The translations under genes and the position numbers were made by a program. A stretch of 62,818 nucleotides of DNA, counting the filler, from Chiloscyllium plagiosum (lineage: Eukaryota), in the NCBI RefSeq assembly GCF_004010195.1. It is 6 parts of 2 records of this genome, joined end to end, with 100 filler letters (N's around TTAATTAATTAA, not from the genome) between each part and the next. Parts side by side here need not be neighbours in the genome. Positions count along the whole stretch, not along the records: positions 22,464 to 33,499 come from NC_057715.1; positions 33,600 to 36,872 come from NC_057715.1; positions 36,973 to 58,281 come from NC_057715.1; 3 more parts are not named here. One strand, given 5' to 3'. Below are positions 25,443 through 37,460 of the stretch, in pieces; positions within the stretch are counted from its first letter, which is position 1; every line of letters begins with the position of its first letter. The notes under the pieces were generated by a model that saw only the letters and a program-made list of their open reading frames with translations, had not been told where the DNA came from and searched no databases.

Positions 25443-25945
25443 GGAATCATACAGCACAGGGACAGATCCTTAAACCCAACTCATCCAATACTGAGAGGTT
25501 TCTCAAACTAATCTAGTCCCATTTGCCTGCATTTGGCCCATATCCGTGTAAACTTTTCCTATCCATGGACCAAATGTCTTTTAAACGTAACTGTACCTGC
25601 ATCTGGGAGGTTCCTCTGGGAGTTCATTCTACATACGTACCACTGTCTGTGTTACCCCTCAGGTCCCTTTTAAATCTTTCCCCTCTTACCGTAAACCTAT
25701 GCCCTCTAGTTCTGGACTCCCCCACCTGGGAAAAAAGTCCCAGCCTATTCAGCCTCTCCTTATAATTCAAACCTTCCAATCCCGATAACAATCTGGTCAA
25801 TCTTTTCTGAACTCTCTCCAATGTAATAAGATCTTTCCGATAGCAGGGTGACCAGAATTGTACACTGTATCTAAAAGCAGCCTCACCAATGTCCTGGACA
25901 GCCACAACGTGACCTCCCAACTCCTGTACTCAATACTCTGACTGA
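25443..25945 (-). mobile_element. CR1 LINE 3' portion
   Basis: YSVQFWSPCYRKDLITLERVQKRLTRLL...RGHRFTVRGERFK. Confidence 0.85.
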
Positions 25946-27046
25946 TATAACACAAATAAATAAGTTTTGAAACACACGGTGAAATTCAATCCTATTAATC
26001 CCAAAAGCCCTTCTGTACAATGGTCACATCAGAGAGAATTCCTTTCTCTTTCACATTTACAAAGCTTCATTTAACTGTATCTATTAATTCCTTGTCTTGA
26101 GAATCTGATCGCCTATTCCTAGAGCCTTCATACACCTGAGCTCAGATTTTCTCAGCTTCAAATAATACCATTCAGGGTTTTGACCAAACAGTTCTGGTCT
26201 GGAATTTTAAAACTCGACTCCTTAAACAGAGGTAACTTCTTTCTTTACGGCAGAAAGCTACATTCCTCTCTCAGGAGTAATTATTTCACATTTTCAGTTT
26301 CAACCAAGACTTTTGTAAAACAGCCCAAACTGAAACTCAAAGATCTTCTTCCAAGTTAAGGGTGTTTCCCCTTAAACCCACCAAAAATGATTCTGGAATC
26401 TTCTATCTGAAAGCCTAAAACATTACATTACAGCAAACATTGTTTTAACCAATACCTTATGAACTGGCACACTTGATAAATCTCAAAGGTTCTCTCCCTG
26501 AAATACTGAAAGTTTACTGTGTTATCACAATCTTCATGATGTCCGAGTGGTCAGTGAGGGTGTGAGTGAGAAGGCTGTTCGGGCAAAGTTGCATAATTAC
26601 TTCCGTGATTTATGTTGTGAATAAAGTATAGCAATGATGTGTATATCCCCTGCATTATGTTTCCGTTACTTAGTGGGGGGTTTTATCTTGATAATGTAGA
26701 CCTTTTCATCAACTGGAAAATTTGATCTACCACACATTCCTGGTTCCTTAGGTGCTGGTTAATAAAAAGTTCACACATAAACCCTCCCAATGTAATTGCA
26801 TCTCCACTAACTCTCCCGGAAGTCTTCCTCTTATACTTTTCATCATGGCTACAGAAATACATTCTTGTTAATCATTAAACCCCTTCAGGTACACTAAAGC
26901 CTCTTACACCACTCATTCCAAATTCCAAACTAATTGATATTAAATATCTAAGGCACACAAAGTTGTATCATGTGACTGTACGGACGGGAGGAGGGGAATG
27001 TAATGGACCTTGATCTTTTCTCAGAGACAGGAGGACTGCACATGAT

Positions 27047-27220
27047 GGAAGTCAGAGTCAGTAGATGTGAGGCTGGGGGAGCACAGCAGGTCAGACAGCG
27101 TCTGGGGAGCAGGAGAGACCTGATGAAGGGTTTTGGCCTGAAATGTTGCCTTTCCTGCCCCTCGGATGCTGTCTGACCTGTTGTGCTTTTCCAGCTTCAC
27201 ATCTATTGGCTGTGAACTTT
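27047..27220. mobile_element. Penelope-like fold-back element, degenerate
   Basis: gcacagcaggtcagacagcgtc / gatgctgtctgacctgttgtgc inverted arms around CTGATGAagggttttggcctGAAAtgtt. Confidence 0.7.
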
Positions 27221-27341
27221 TCTTATCACAATATTCCTTTTTTTTTGACTCTCACGGGACAGTGGATTAAATTTCAGATTTTACACCAGAGTTAAAGACT
27301 TCTCTACAATTACTGCCATTGTCCCTCTTTTTTGAATTTAG

Positions 27342-27451
27342 TTACAACCCATATGAGGGACCCAATGAGAATCCAGAAGCAGAGCTCCCCCTCAAGGCTG
27401 GGAAATACCTCTATGTGTACGGAGACATGGACGAGGATGGTTTTTATGAAG
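27342..27451 (+). CDS. RIMBP2: RIMBP2 exon, SH3-1 core ([37 protein letters not shown])
   Basis: tttag| and |gtttgt, 110 nt, phase 2/1. Near-identical to RIMBP2 SH3-1. Confidence 0.95.
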
Positions 27452-27534
27452 GTTTGTTGCTCTGTCATTGTCCTGAATCCTCTTGCTGTTGACCAATAGC
27501 CCTATTCAGGTGTGTGTAAGAGCACTTGTAGACA

Positions 27535-27845
27535 TTAGGAAAAAAATGCATCTAATACTACAGGCCATGCATTTAAGGTGAGAGGGGAAAAGTTCAAAGG
27601 AGTTGCGAGGGGCAGGTCTTTTACCCAGTGAGGGGTAGGAGTGTGGAACATGCTGCCAGGGGTGGGGGTGGAGGCAGATACAATCGGGGCGTTTAAGAGA
27701 ATTTTAGGTAGGCACATGAATATGTGAGGGATGGAGGGATATGGACCAAGGGCAGGCAGAAGGGATTAGTTTAATTTGTCGTCAGGTTTGACACAGCATG
27801 GTGGGCTGAAGGGCCTGTTCCTGGGCCGTACAGTTCTCTGTTTGA
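27535..27845 (+). mobile_element. CR1 LINE 3' end
   Basis: aaggtgagaggggaaaagttcaaagg...gaagggcctgttcc. Confidence 0.8.
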
Positions 27846-28379
27846 AGGGGGAATTGGTAGCTATGGTGTTCGAAAATGCTGGAAGACTCAGTTATCAATA
27901 AACCCGATCCATAAAGTAAGTTGTCTTGGTTTTTACTTTACCAACTGGTTTAAATCCAGATTGATGCTACATTCTGAGAGATGAATTGGTTTAGCAATCC
28001 CCTTCATGAGATAGCATCCCTGGCCTGTGTTGGGAATGGCCTGGGTTTCTGTGTTTGTTCATTGTGCTTTTATCCAGCAACAGTTCAAATAAAAATTCTT
28101 TCCTTCCCAACATAGCAGCTTCCCATCAGATTCACTGTCGTCGTTGTAGCTCCCTCCCTGTCCACATTGCAAGGTTCAGATTACTGTCGCCCCTAAACAA
28201 TACTTTTGGAATGTTAGTTACATTAAAGGTGCTTTATAATTCCAAGTTGTTGTCCGTGTCTGGATACTGTATGATTTGGAAGTCATGGTGCCTCAGATCA
28301 TGGAGATTGTATCGGATATGAAATCACATCTGTCAGCAATTCCAGAAATCAGGAATGATCACCAACGAGAATTTCAGAT

Positions 28380-28832
28380 GAATGTTTTCACACAGAGGGT
28401 GGTACGGGTATGGAATGAGCTGCCAGAGGAAGTGGTGGAGGCTGGTACAATTACAGCATTTAATAGGTATCTGGATGGGTATATGGATAGAGCTGAAAAT
28501 GTGTTGCTGGAAAAGCGCAGCAGGTCAGGCAGCATCCAAGGAGCAGGAGAATCGACGTTTCGGGCATGAGCCTGAAGAAGGGCTTATGCCTGAAACGTCG
28601 ATTCTCCTGTTCCCTGGATGCTGCCTGACCTGCTGCGCTTTTCCAGCAACACATTTTCAGCTCTGACCTCCAGTATCTGCAGACCTCACTTTCTCCTGGG
28701 TATATGGATAGGAAGGGTTTAGAGGGATATGGGCCAAATGCTGGCAAGTGGGACGGGACTAGGTTAGGATGGATGAGTTGGAGCGAAGGGTCAGTTTCTG
28801 TGCTGTACATCTCTATGACTCTACGATTCTAT
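28380..28832 (+). mobile_element. CR1 3' end interrupted by a PLE
   Basis: FTQRVVRVWNELPEEVVEAG; resumes at 28697 and ends in tail ctctatgactcta. Confidence 0.85.
28491..28696 (+). mobile_element. Penelope-like fold-back insertion (family A), 15-bp TSD
   Basis: TSD tgggtatatggatag at 28476-28490 and 28697-28711. Near-perfect ~80-bp inverted arms; CTGAAGA-a-GGGC-ttat-GCCT-GAAAC-GTC. Confidence 0.88.
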
Positions 28833-29287
28833 ATTGCCCGTTGGTTTCAAAATGAGGCAAAGCTCAGAAATTCTTCGAAAAATGAAGCTCCCTTGGTCTG
28901 AGCTCCCAATATCCACCCTCGACAGGGTCAAGAGGTGGCTCATGTAACAAAAGCCAGAACAGAAGATTCTGGAACAACTTGTGGGTGTGAGGGGCATGGT
29001 TGCGGGGAGTGGGAGGTGGTGTTAACAGCCTGGATAAAGCCACCTGCCAATCAGAGGCCAGTACCCTGGCTTTGGGCTGTGAGGGGTCAGGGGGCAGTGT
29101 GCAGGAAGGTTGGGGAAGTAGCCCTGGGCTGGGACTTGCAGAGTGTTTGGGTTTATCGCTGTAGGGGTGGGGAGGCGGGGAATAGGGGGTAAGAGGGAGA
29201 GCTTTGAGAAACCACTGGGGAGGGTAACCAGGCCCAGGGAGTGGATTAGTAAAACATAAGGATCTCCCATTGACCGCAGGTCACAGA

Positions 29288-29962
29288 TCCTCGAGGGGCC
29301 CACTCCCCCTCTGTCCTCGAGGGACCCACTCCCCCTCTGTCCTCGAGGGACGCACTCCCCCTCTGTCCTCGNNNNNNNNNNNNNNNNNNNNNNNNNNNNN
29401 NNNNNNNNNNNNNNNNNNNNNNNNNNNNNNNNNNNNNNNNNNNNNNNNNNNNNNNNNNNNNNNNNNNNNNNNNNNNNNNNNNNNNNNNNNNNNNNNNNNN
29501 NNNNNNNNNNNNNNNNNNNNNNNNNNNNNNNNNNNNNNNNNNNNNNNNNNNNNNNNNNNNNNNNNNNNNNNNNNNNNNNNNNNNNNNNNNNNNNNNNNNN
29601 NNNNNNNNNNNNNNNNNNNNNNNNNNNNNNNNNNNNNNNNNNNNNNNNNNNNNNNNNNNNNNNNNNNNNNNNNNNNNNNNNNNNNNNNNNNNNNNNNNNN
29701 NNNNNNNNNNNNNNNNNNNNNNNNNNNNNNNNNNNNNNNNNNNNNNNNNNNNNNNNNNNNNNNNNNNNNNNNNNNNNNNNNNNNNNNNNNNNNNNNNNNN
29801 NNNNNNNNNNNNNNNNNNNNNNNNNNNNNNNNNNNNNNNNCCCACTCCCCCTCTGTCCTCGAGGGGCCCACTCCCCCTCTGTCCTCGAGGGGCCCACTCC
29901 CCCTCTGTCCTCGAGGGGCCCACTCCCTCCCTGTCCTCGAGGGGCCCACTCCCCCTCTGTCC
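29288..29962. repeat. 26-bp minisatellite (tcctcgaggggcccactccccctctg)n, collapsed over an N gap
   Basis: Period 26 (29288 vs 29314) on both sides of the gap. Confidence 0.9.
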
Positions 29963-30326
29963 ATGACGGGCCCACTGTGGGACACTTCCCCAGGTTGATG
30001 GTGAGTATTAATCACCCACATGGTGCTAGTTGGATGTTGGGCGACTGGCCACATGGTACTGTTTCCCCGGAAACCCCAACTGAGATAGACCCCTATCTCG
30101 GGGGGAGATGAACCTCCTCAAGGAAGCAAGTTGTTCCCTGGGGCTGAGGGCAGCTGGTTCATCAGAGACTGGGGGGCAATTTACAGGCCATGGTGTAAGA
30201 GCAGGTCCATTGGAAAGATAGCAGAGGGACGATGGGCCAAATGCACTCCTTGTAGATTCGAAGGGGTTCTTTGTGAGTTTGAACTTGCTGCCCTGTATTG
30301 AGAGTGTCCCTGCCCTCTCCCTGCAG

Positions 30327-31157
30327 GTGAACTGATGAATGGACAAAGAGGACTGGTCCCCTCCAACTTTGTCGCTCTGTTACAGGACGAGGAGCTGTTC
30401 CTGCTCCATTCTGTGGACACGGAGATGGACAATAATCTACTCAATTCGGACCTGGGTCTCCATCTCCACGGTGACAGTGTGCTGCAGGATAGCAAGTCAG
30501 ACAGCCTGCTCCCCAGTCAAACAGAGAGCACCTTCTATAAGAATGGCACAGGCACACTGGACATAAACATTGATGAAATTGGTGAAGATACTGTGCCTTA
30601 CCCCAGGAGAATTAACCTGATTAAACAGCTTGCCAAAAGTGTGATTGTAGGATGGGATCCACCAGTTGTCCCTCCCGGATGGGGAGCTGTGAGTAGCTAC
30701 AATGTTCTCGTCGATAAGGACGTGAGGAGTAACGTCCCCTCGGGAGGGAGAACCAAGGCTCTGATCGAGAAACTCAACTTGGCCAATGTCACCTACCGTA
30801 TCTCGGTGCAGAGTGTGTCTGAGCGCGGCCTCTCTGATGAGCTGAGGTGTACCATGTTGGTCGGGAAAGACGTGTGTGTAGCCCCTTCTCACCTGAAGGT
30901 GGAGACCATCTCGCAGACGTCAACCAAGGTCTCCTGGTTGCCGAGCAACAGCAACTACAGTCACATGATCTTCCTCAATGAGGAAGAGTATGACGTGGTG
31001 AAGGCGGGGAGTTACAAATACCAGTTCTTTAATCTGAAACCCTGTATGGTCTGTAAGGTCAAAGTCATGGCCCAGCCTCACCAGGTACCATGGCAACTGC
31101 CACTGGAGCAGCGAGAGAAGAAGCAGAGCCTGGTGGAGTTCTGTACACTGCCTGCAG
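30327..31157 (+). CDS. RIMBP2: RIMBP2 large exon: end of SH3-1, linker, first two FN3 domains
   Basis: ctccctgcag| and |gtttga, 831 nt, phase 1/1. ELMNGQRGLVPSNFV...VPYPRRINLIKQLAKSVIVGW...PWQLPLEQREKK...EFCTLPAG corresponds to ORF 30335..31213. Confidence 0.96.
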
Positions 31158-31644
31158 GTTTGATATCTCCAGCCTCACATCCCAGAACACTAACTAAACC
31201 AGGGGCACAGTGACACTCTCTGCTCCGATTCACACAGGGACACAGACCTCCATCCACCATGGTCCTCCAGCACCAACCTCTCCCTCACTCTATCTCTCTA
31301 TCCCCCTCTCTCTCTCTATCCAACCCGCTCTCTATGACTCTTTCTACCCTCTCTCTATATTTCTTTTTCTCTCTATCACTCTCTCTCTCTCTCTCTGTCC
31401 CCCTGTGTATATCCCTCTCTCCACCTTCCTTACCCAAATTCTCTCTCTTTCCACACTCAATCCTCAATGTGCTTCTCTCTCCACACTCGTTATTCAATCT
31501 AACTTGCTCTGTCTCTCAATCATGGTCTAACACACTCACACATTTCTCCCTCTTTCTCTCACTCACACCAAATCCCTTTCTCATCCCTGAGTCATGGTCT
31601 CAGAGCACAAAACTGCAAGCACAAAGATAACCTCCCACTCTGAC

Positions 31645-32522
31645 GGAGCGCCGCACTGTCGGAGGGTCAGTNNNNNNNNNNNNNNNNNNNNNNNNNNNNN
31701 NNNNNNNNNNNNNNNNNNNNNNNNNNNNNNNNNNNNNNNNNNNNNNNNNNNNNNNNNNNNNNNNNNNNNNNNNNNNNNNNNNNNNNNNNNNNNNNNNNNN
31801 NNNNNNNNNNNNNNNNNNNNNNNNNNNNNNNNNNNNNNNNNNNNNNNNNNNNNNNNNNNNNNNNNNNNNNNNNNNNNNNNNNNNNNNNNNNNNNNNNNNN
31901 NNNNNNNNNNNNNNNNNNNNNNNNNNNNNNNNNNNNNNNNNNNNNNNNNNNNNNNNNNNNNNNNNNNNNNNNNNNNNNNNNNNNNNNNNNNNNNNNNNNN
32001 NNNNNNNNNNNNNNNNNNNNNNNNNNNNNNNNNNNNNNNNNNNNNNNNNNNNNNNNNNNNNNNNNNNNNNNNNNNNNNNNNNNNNNNNNNNNNNNNNNNN
32101 NNNNNNNNNNNNNNNNNNNNNNNNNNNNNNNNNNNNNNNNNNNNNNNNNNNNNNNNNNNNNNNNNNNNNNNNNNNNNNNNNNNNNNNNNNNNNNNNNNNN
32201 NNNNNNNNNNNNNNNNNNNNNNNNNNNNNNNNNNNNNNNNNNNNNNNNNNNNNNNNNNNNNNNNNNNNNNNNNNNNNNNNNNNNNNNNNNNNTGTTGAGG
32301 GAGTGTCGCACTGTCAGAGGGTCAGTGCTGAGGGAGTGTCGCACTGTCAGAGGGTCAGTACTGAGGGAGTGCCGCATTGTCGGAGGGTCAGTGCCGAGGC
32401 AGTGCCGCACTGTCAGAGGGTCAGTGGTGAGGGAGTGCCACACTGTCGGAGGGTCAGTGCCGAGGCAGTGCCGCACTGTCAGAGGGTCAGTGCTGAGGGA
32501 GTACCACACTGTCGGAGGGTCA
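31645..32522. repeat. 33-bp minisatellite (gtgctgagggagtgccgcactgtcagagggtca)n
   Basis: Seven copies visible after the gap and one before it. Confidence 0.9.
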
Positions 32523-32800
32523 ATATTTCCGTTGAAACATGTCACTGAGATCCTGCTGTTTTTATGTCTGGTTCCTGACAGTTTATGAAGTGGGGAGAGC
32601 TCTCTCTGGTCAATTTTTGCCTCATCGACCAACATGATGAGCATGAGATTCTGCTGTGTGTGGAATCTTACTTTACGCAAATTGTCTGTTACCTTTCCTC
32701 GATGAAAACAGTGACATCTCTTCAAAAGTAATTAAATGGCTGTAAAGTTCATTGGGGCGCCTCCGATTGTGACAGGTGCTATGTAAATGCAAATCTCTTT
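32523..32800 (+). mobile_element. Deu-domain SINE (SacSINE1/AmnSINE1-like) 3' part
   Basis: ...aaaacagtgacatctcttcaaaagtaattaaatggctgtaaagttc...gtgacaggtgctatgtaaatgcaaatctc resembles recalled DeuSINE tails. A related piece lies at ~21475-21650. Confidence 0.6.
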
Positions 32801-33273
32801 CGCTTTTTCACCCAGTATTCCCATTGCTCCCTGTGTTCCTGGGAGCAGGAGGATATACCTGAACCCTGCGATGCTTTGTGCTGGAGGATATCTTGTTCAG
32901 CAATCAAAGCTCATGCCTTCAGCCATCAGACTGGCACCTGTCCATGTTTATAGGGCACTGTTCCCACGCTTCTGATCTCACCTCCTTTGTTGAGCTTCTC
33001 AGTATCTGTCAGAAACACATTGTTGGTTCTCATTCGATCTGTTTCTGTGCTGCATGACTCTATCAAACATCAAGGCATTGGGAGAATAAACATGATCATT
33101 TCAGATTGTATATTTTGGATGTAAACCCCATTGCTTTTCCAAACCTGTGTCCAGCATTGATCATAAAACTTCCAACACAAGCGGAAACTTCTGGAAGAAC
33201 GCTGCAGGTCAGGCAGCATCTGTCTGGAGGGAGAGAGTGTGAACATTTTGGGGTGAATCCCTTTCATGTGAAC

Positions 33274-33499
33274 TGGTAATGTTCGAGATGGACAATTCGT
33301 TGATAGCGGGAGAAAGTGAGGGCTGCAGATGCTGGAGATCAGAGCTGAAAATGTGTTGCTGGAAAAGCGTGGTAATGTTCGAGATGGACAATTCGTTGAT
33401 AGCGGGAGAAAGTGAGGGCTGCAGATGCTGGAGATCAGAGCTGAAAATGTGTTGCTGGAAAAGCGCAGCAGGTCAGGCAGCATCCAGGGAACAGGAGAA
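33274..33499 (-). mobile_element. Family A PLE 3' end with a 96-bp perfect tandem duplication
   Basis: tggtaatgttcgagatgg...ggaaaagcg repeated at 33274 and 33370. Confidence 0.75.
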
Positions 33500-33599
33500 N
33501 NNNNNNNNNNNNNNNNNNNNNNNNNNNNNNNNNNNNNNNNNNNTTAATTAATTAANNNNNNNNNNNNNNNNNNNNNNNNNNNNNNNNNNNNNNNNNNNN

Positions 33600-33876
33600 C
33601 TCCTTTTCCACCTATCCACTCCACCCTCTCCTCACTGACCTATCACCTTCATCCCCTCCCCCACTCCCCTATTGTACTCTATGCTACTTTCTCCCCACCC
33701 CCACCCTCCTCTAGCTTATCTCTCCACGCTTCAGGCTCACTGCCTTTATTCCTGAAGGGCTTTTGCCCGAAACATCGATTTCGCTGCTCCTTGGATGCTG
33801 CCTGAACTGCTGTGCTCTTCCAGCACCACTAATCCAGAATCTGATTTACAGCATTTGCAGTCATTGTTTTTACCTT
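33600..33876 (+). mobile_element. Penelope-like 3' UTR/pLTR (family B)
   Basis: C-rich UTR, then attcCTGAagggcttttgcccGAAAcatc...cagcaccactaatccagaatctg. Reverse complement of 57921-58170. Confidence 0.75.
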
Positions 33877-34550
33877 GGTGAAATTGTGAGACTAGCTAAG
33901 AGGAAAAAGGAAGCATATATAAGGTCTCGGCAACTGAAAACAGATGAAGCTTTGGAAGAAGATCGGGAACGTAGGACCAATCTGAAATGAGGAATTACGA
34001 GGACTGAAAGGGGTCATGAAATATCTTTAGCAAACAGAGTTAAGGAAAATCCCAAAGCCTTTTATTCATATACATGGAGCAAGAGGGTAACTAGAGAAAG
34101 GGTTGACCCACTCGAGGACAAAGGAGGAAAGTTATGCGTGGAGTCAGAGAAAATGGGTGAGATTCTTAATGAGTACTTTGCATCAGTATTCACCGAGGAG
34201 AGGGGCATGGTGGATGTTGAGGTTAGGGATAGATGTTTGATTATTCTAGCTCAAGTTAGCATAAGGAGGGAGGAAGTGTTGGGTCTTCTAAAAGACATTA
34301 AGGTGGACAAGACCCCAGGTCCAGATGGGATCTATCCCAGGTTAATGAGGGAAGCGAGAGAGGAAATAGCTGGGGCTTTAACAGATACCTTTGCAGCATC
34401 CTTGAACATGGGTGAGGTCCCGGAGGACTGGAGAATTATTAATGCTGTCCCTTGTTGAAGAAAGGTAATAGGGATAATCCCCTAATTATAAACAAGTTAG
34501 CCTGACGTCAGTGGTAGGGAAGCTGCTGGAGAAGATACTGATGGAAGATC
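33877..34550 (+). mobile_element. Host CR1 ORF2, left half
   Basis: ILNEYFASVFTEE..KTPGPDGIYPRL..PEDWR..VSLTSVVGKLLEKIL. Confidence 0.88.
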
Positions 34551-37460
34551 CTTGCAGCAGAAAGCGGCGAGAGCTGGGCAGAAGTGAAGTCGGAGCGCAG
34601 AGCCGGTTGGGAAGGTAAGTGATTGTTATTTAAGAACTTACCTCGACGCCAACGGTCTTTTTGCAGCAGAGAGCGGCGGGAGCTGGGCGGAAGTGAAGTC
34701 AGAGCACAGAGCCAGTTGGGAAGGTAAGTGATTGTTATTTGAGTGGGTGTATTCTAGACCTCAGGTCCTACAAAGTAGGGCCTCCCTCCCACTCTCCTCC
34801 TCCAACCTAACTTTAAAGTCCACAGACTTGCCCCAAAAAGAGAGTCCAGGGAAGGTCCTGTTGAGAGAAGAGACAGTCTTTAGCTCAGGAGTCTTTGACA
34901 AGGAGGTTGAGTGAAGTGATTACACCACAATTGAAGAGGGTGAAGACATGACTGCCCAGCTGGTTCAGTGTGCTTCATGCATGATGTAGGAGGTCAATGA
35001 CTCTGGTGTATCTGGCTCGAATATCTGTGGAAAGTGTGTGCACCTTCAGCTATTGACAGAGCATATCGTAGCACTGAAGAGAGAACTCAAGAACCTTAGG
35101 CTCATCCGAGAGAACGAGATCTTTCTGGACAGGACCTTCAGCGATGTTATTACACCGACCACACCAGAAGAGAGCAGAAGAGTGAAGACGATGAGGAAGG
35201 CAGAGAGGAGACAGGTGCAAGAGACCACGGGGGAAGTACCTGTCAGGAACAAGTTGCATCTTTTGGAAACAGTCGAGACAGATGATACTGCCAGTCCGCG
35301 AGGCGGTCAGGTCTGTCAATCAAAAGTTGGAGTGGAGGCAGAGCCAAGGAGTCAGACATTGCACAGAGCCATGGTGATAAGGGACTCCATAGTGAGAGGA
35401 ACTGAACGGGGTTTCTGTGCCAACAGGCGGGATTTGAGGATGGTGTGTTGCCTTCCTGGTGCCAGGATTAAGGACATTGCAGACAGAGTGCAGGTGATCC
35501 TCAAGGGCGAAGATGAAGAGCCAGAGGTGGTGGTACATGTCAGAACAAATTATGTCAGGAAGAAGAGGAGGGACATACCACAGCAGGACTTCAGAAACTA
35601 GAAAGAAGGCTGAAAAGCAGGACGTCAAGAGTGGTTATCTCCGGTTTGTTTCCAGTTCCTCGGGCTGGAGAGGCCAGGAACAGGGAGATGATGGACTTGA
35701 ATGTGTGGCTGGGGAACTGTTGCAGGAAGCAAGGATTTAAATTATTGGGTCATTGGGGTATGTTTTGTGGTAAGCATAAATGAAACAAAAGAGACGGTTT
35801 GCACCTTAATAGGTTGGGGACCAGATTCTGGCAGGTAGGTTTGTTACTGCAACACAGCTGCATTTAAACTAAATAGCGGGGGGGAGGGGACAAACTGGAA
35901 GTTTAAGGAGGAAATTGAAGGGAAAGTTAGAACAAGGGAAGTCAAGAAAGACAACGGTATCAATGAAGCAGAAAACTCAAAAAGGGGTCATGCCGTAAGG
36001 TTGAGTGAAATAGGGGTTGATAGGAAGGGTGAGGGCAGTAACAAATTAAAAATACTAGTATTTTTAAAGTATTAGAAATAAGATGGATGAGCTTGAGGCT
36101 CTTTTGGAAATTGGCAGCTACGATATTGTGGGGATAACTGAGACGTGGCTTCAAGTGGTCAGGGCCTAGGAAATGAATATTCAAGGCTATAAGTGCTATC
36201 GTAAGGACAGACTGATGGGCAGAGGGGGTGGGGTTGCCCTGGTGGTAAGGGATGATATTCAGTCCCTTGTGCGGGGGGACCTAGAATCAGGGGATGTAGA
36301 GTCAGTATGGATAGAGCTGATAAATTCTAAGAGTAGAAAGACCCTTTGGGGGTTATCTACAGGCCCCCAAACAGTAGTATGGATGAAGGGTGTAAATTGA
36401 ATAAGGAGCTGAAATTGGCCTGTCGCAAAGATGTTACTACAGTTGTTATGGGGGATTCCAACATGCAAATAGACTGGGAGAATCAGGATGGTTTTGGACC
36501 TCAAGAAAGAGACTTTGTGGAGTGCCTCCGAGATGGATTCTTAGAACAGCTGGTGCTGGAGCCTACCAGGGAGAAGGCAATTCTGGATCTGGTATTGTGC
36601 AACGAACCAGAATTGATCAGGGACTTCGAAGTGAAGGATCCATTAGGAGGCAGTGACCATAATACAATAAGCTTCAATCTGCAATTTGAAAGGGAGAGGG
36701 TACAATCGGTAGTGACAATATTTCAGTTGAATAAAGGGAACTATGGAGCTATGAGGGAGGAGCTGGCCAAAGTTCAATGGTGCAATACCTTAGCAGGGAT
36801 GACAGTGGAGGAACAATGGCAGATATTTCTGGGTATAATGCAGAAGATGCAGGATCAGTTCATTCCAAAAAGNNNNNNNNNNNNNNNNNNNNNNNNNNNN
36901 NNNNNNNNNNNNNNNNTTAATTAATTAANNNNNNNNNNNNNNNNNNNNNNNNNNNNNNNNNNNNNNNNNNNNATTGGAGCAACTGGGCTTATATACCCTT
37001 GAGTTTAGAAGACTGAGGGGATCTGATTGAGACGTATAAGATTATTAAAGGATTGGACATTCTGNNNNNNNNNNNNNNNNNNNNNNNNNNNNNNNNNNNN
37101 NNNNNNNNNNNNNNNNNNNNNNNNNNNNNNNNNNNNNNNNNNNNNNNNNNNNNNNNNNNNNNNNNNNNNNNNNNNNNNNNNNNNNNNNNNNNNNNNNNNN
37201 NNNNNNNNNNNNNNNNNNNNNNNNNNNNNNNNNNNNNNNNNNNNNNNNNNNNNNNTGGAATGCTCTGCCCCAGAAGGCAGTGGAGGCCCAGTCTCTGGAT
37301 TTGTTTAAGAAAATGTTAGAGCTCTCACAGATAGTGGAATCAAGGGTTATGGAGATAAGGCAGGAACAGGATACTGATTGAGGATGATCAGCCATGATCA
37401 TAATGAATGGTGGTGCAGGCTCGAAGGGTAGAATGGCCTACTCCTGCACCTATTGTCTAT
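34551..37460 (+). mobile_element. Near-full-length nested CR1 LINE (tandem 5' UTR, ORF1, ORF2 endonuclease, 3' end)
   Basis: ORF1 from ATG 34948: CxxC..CxxC, coiled coil, SGNH esterase motifs (DSIVRG, CCLPGA, VVVHV, DGLHLN). ORF2 APE motifs (GITETW, GGGVAL, YRPP, SDH). 3' tail ctattgtctat at ~37460. Several stops and frameshifts. Confidence 0.85.

Noticed and set aside
27342..31157. Assignment to TSPOAP1/RIMBP1 or RIMBP3
   Set aside because: [26 protein letters not shown] and IKQLAKSVIVGW match RIMBP2 better as recalled. A RIMBP2-like paralogue cannot be excluded without phylogeny.
31261..31280. ggtcctccagcacca encodes GPPAP, the expected start of the next RIMBP2 exon
   Set aside because: No AG acceptor precedes it, and it runs straight into a CT repeat with no FN3 continuation; treated as coincidence.
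12977..32725. ORFs composed mostly of X
   Set aside because: Artefacts of N gaps.
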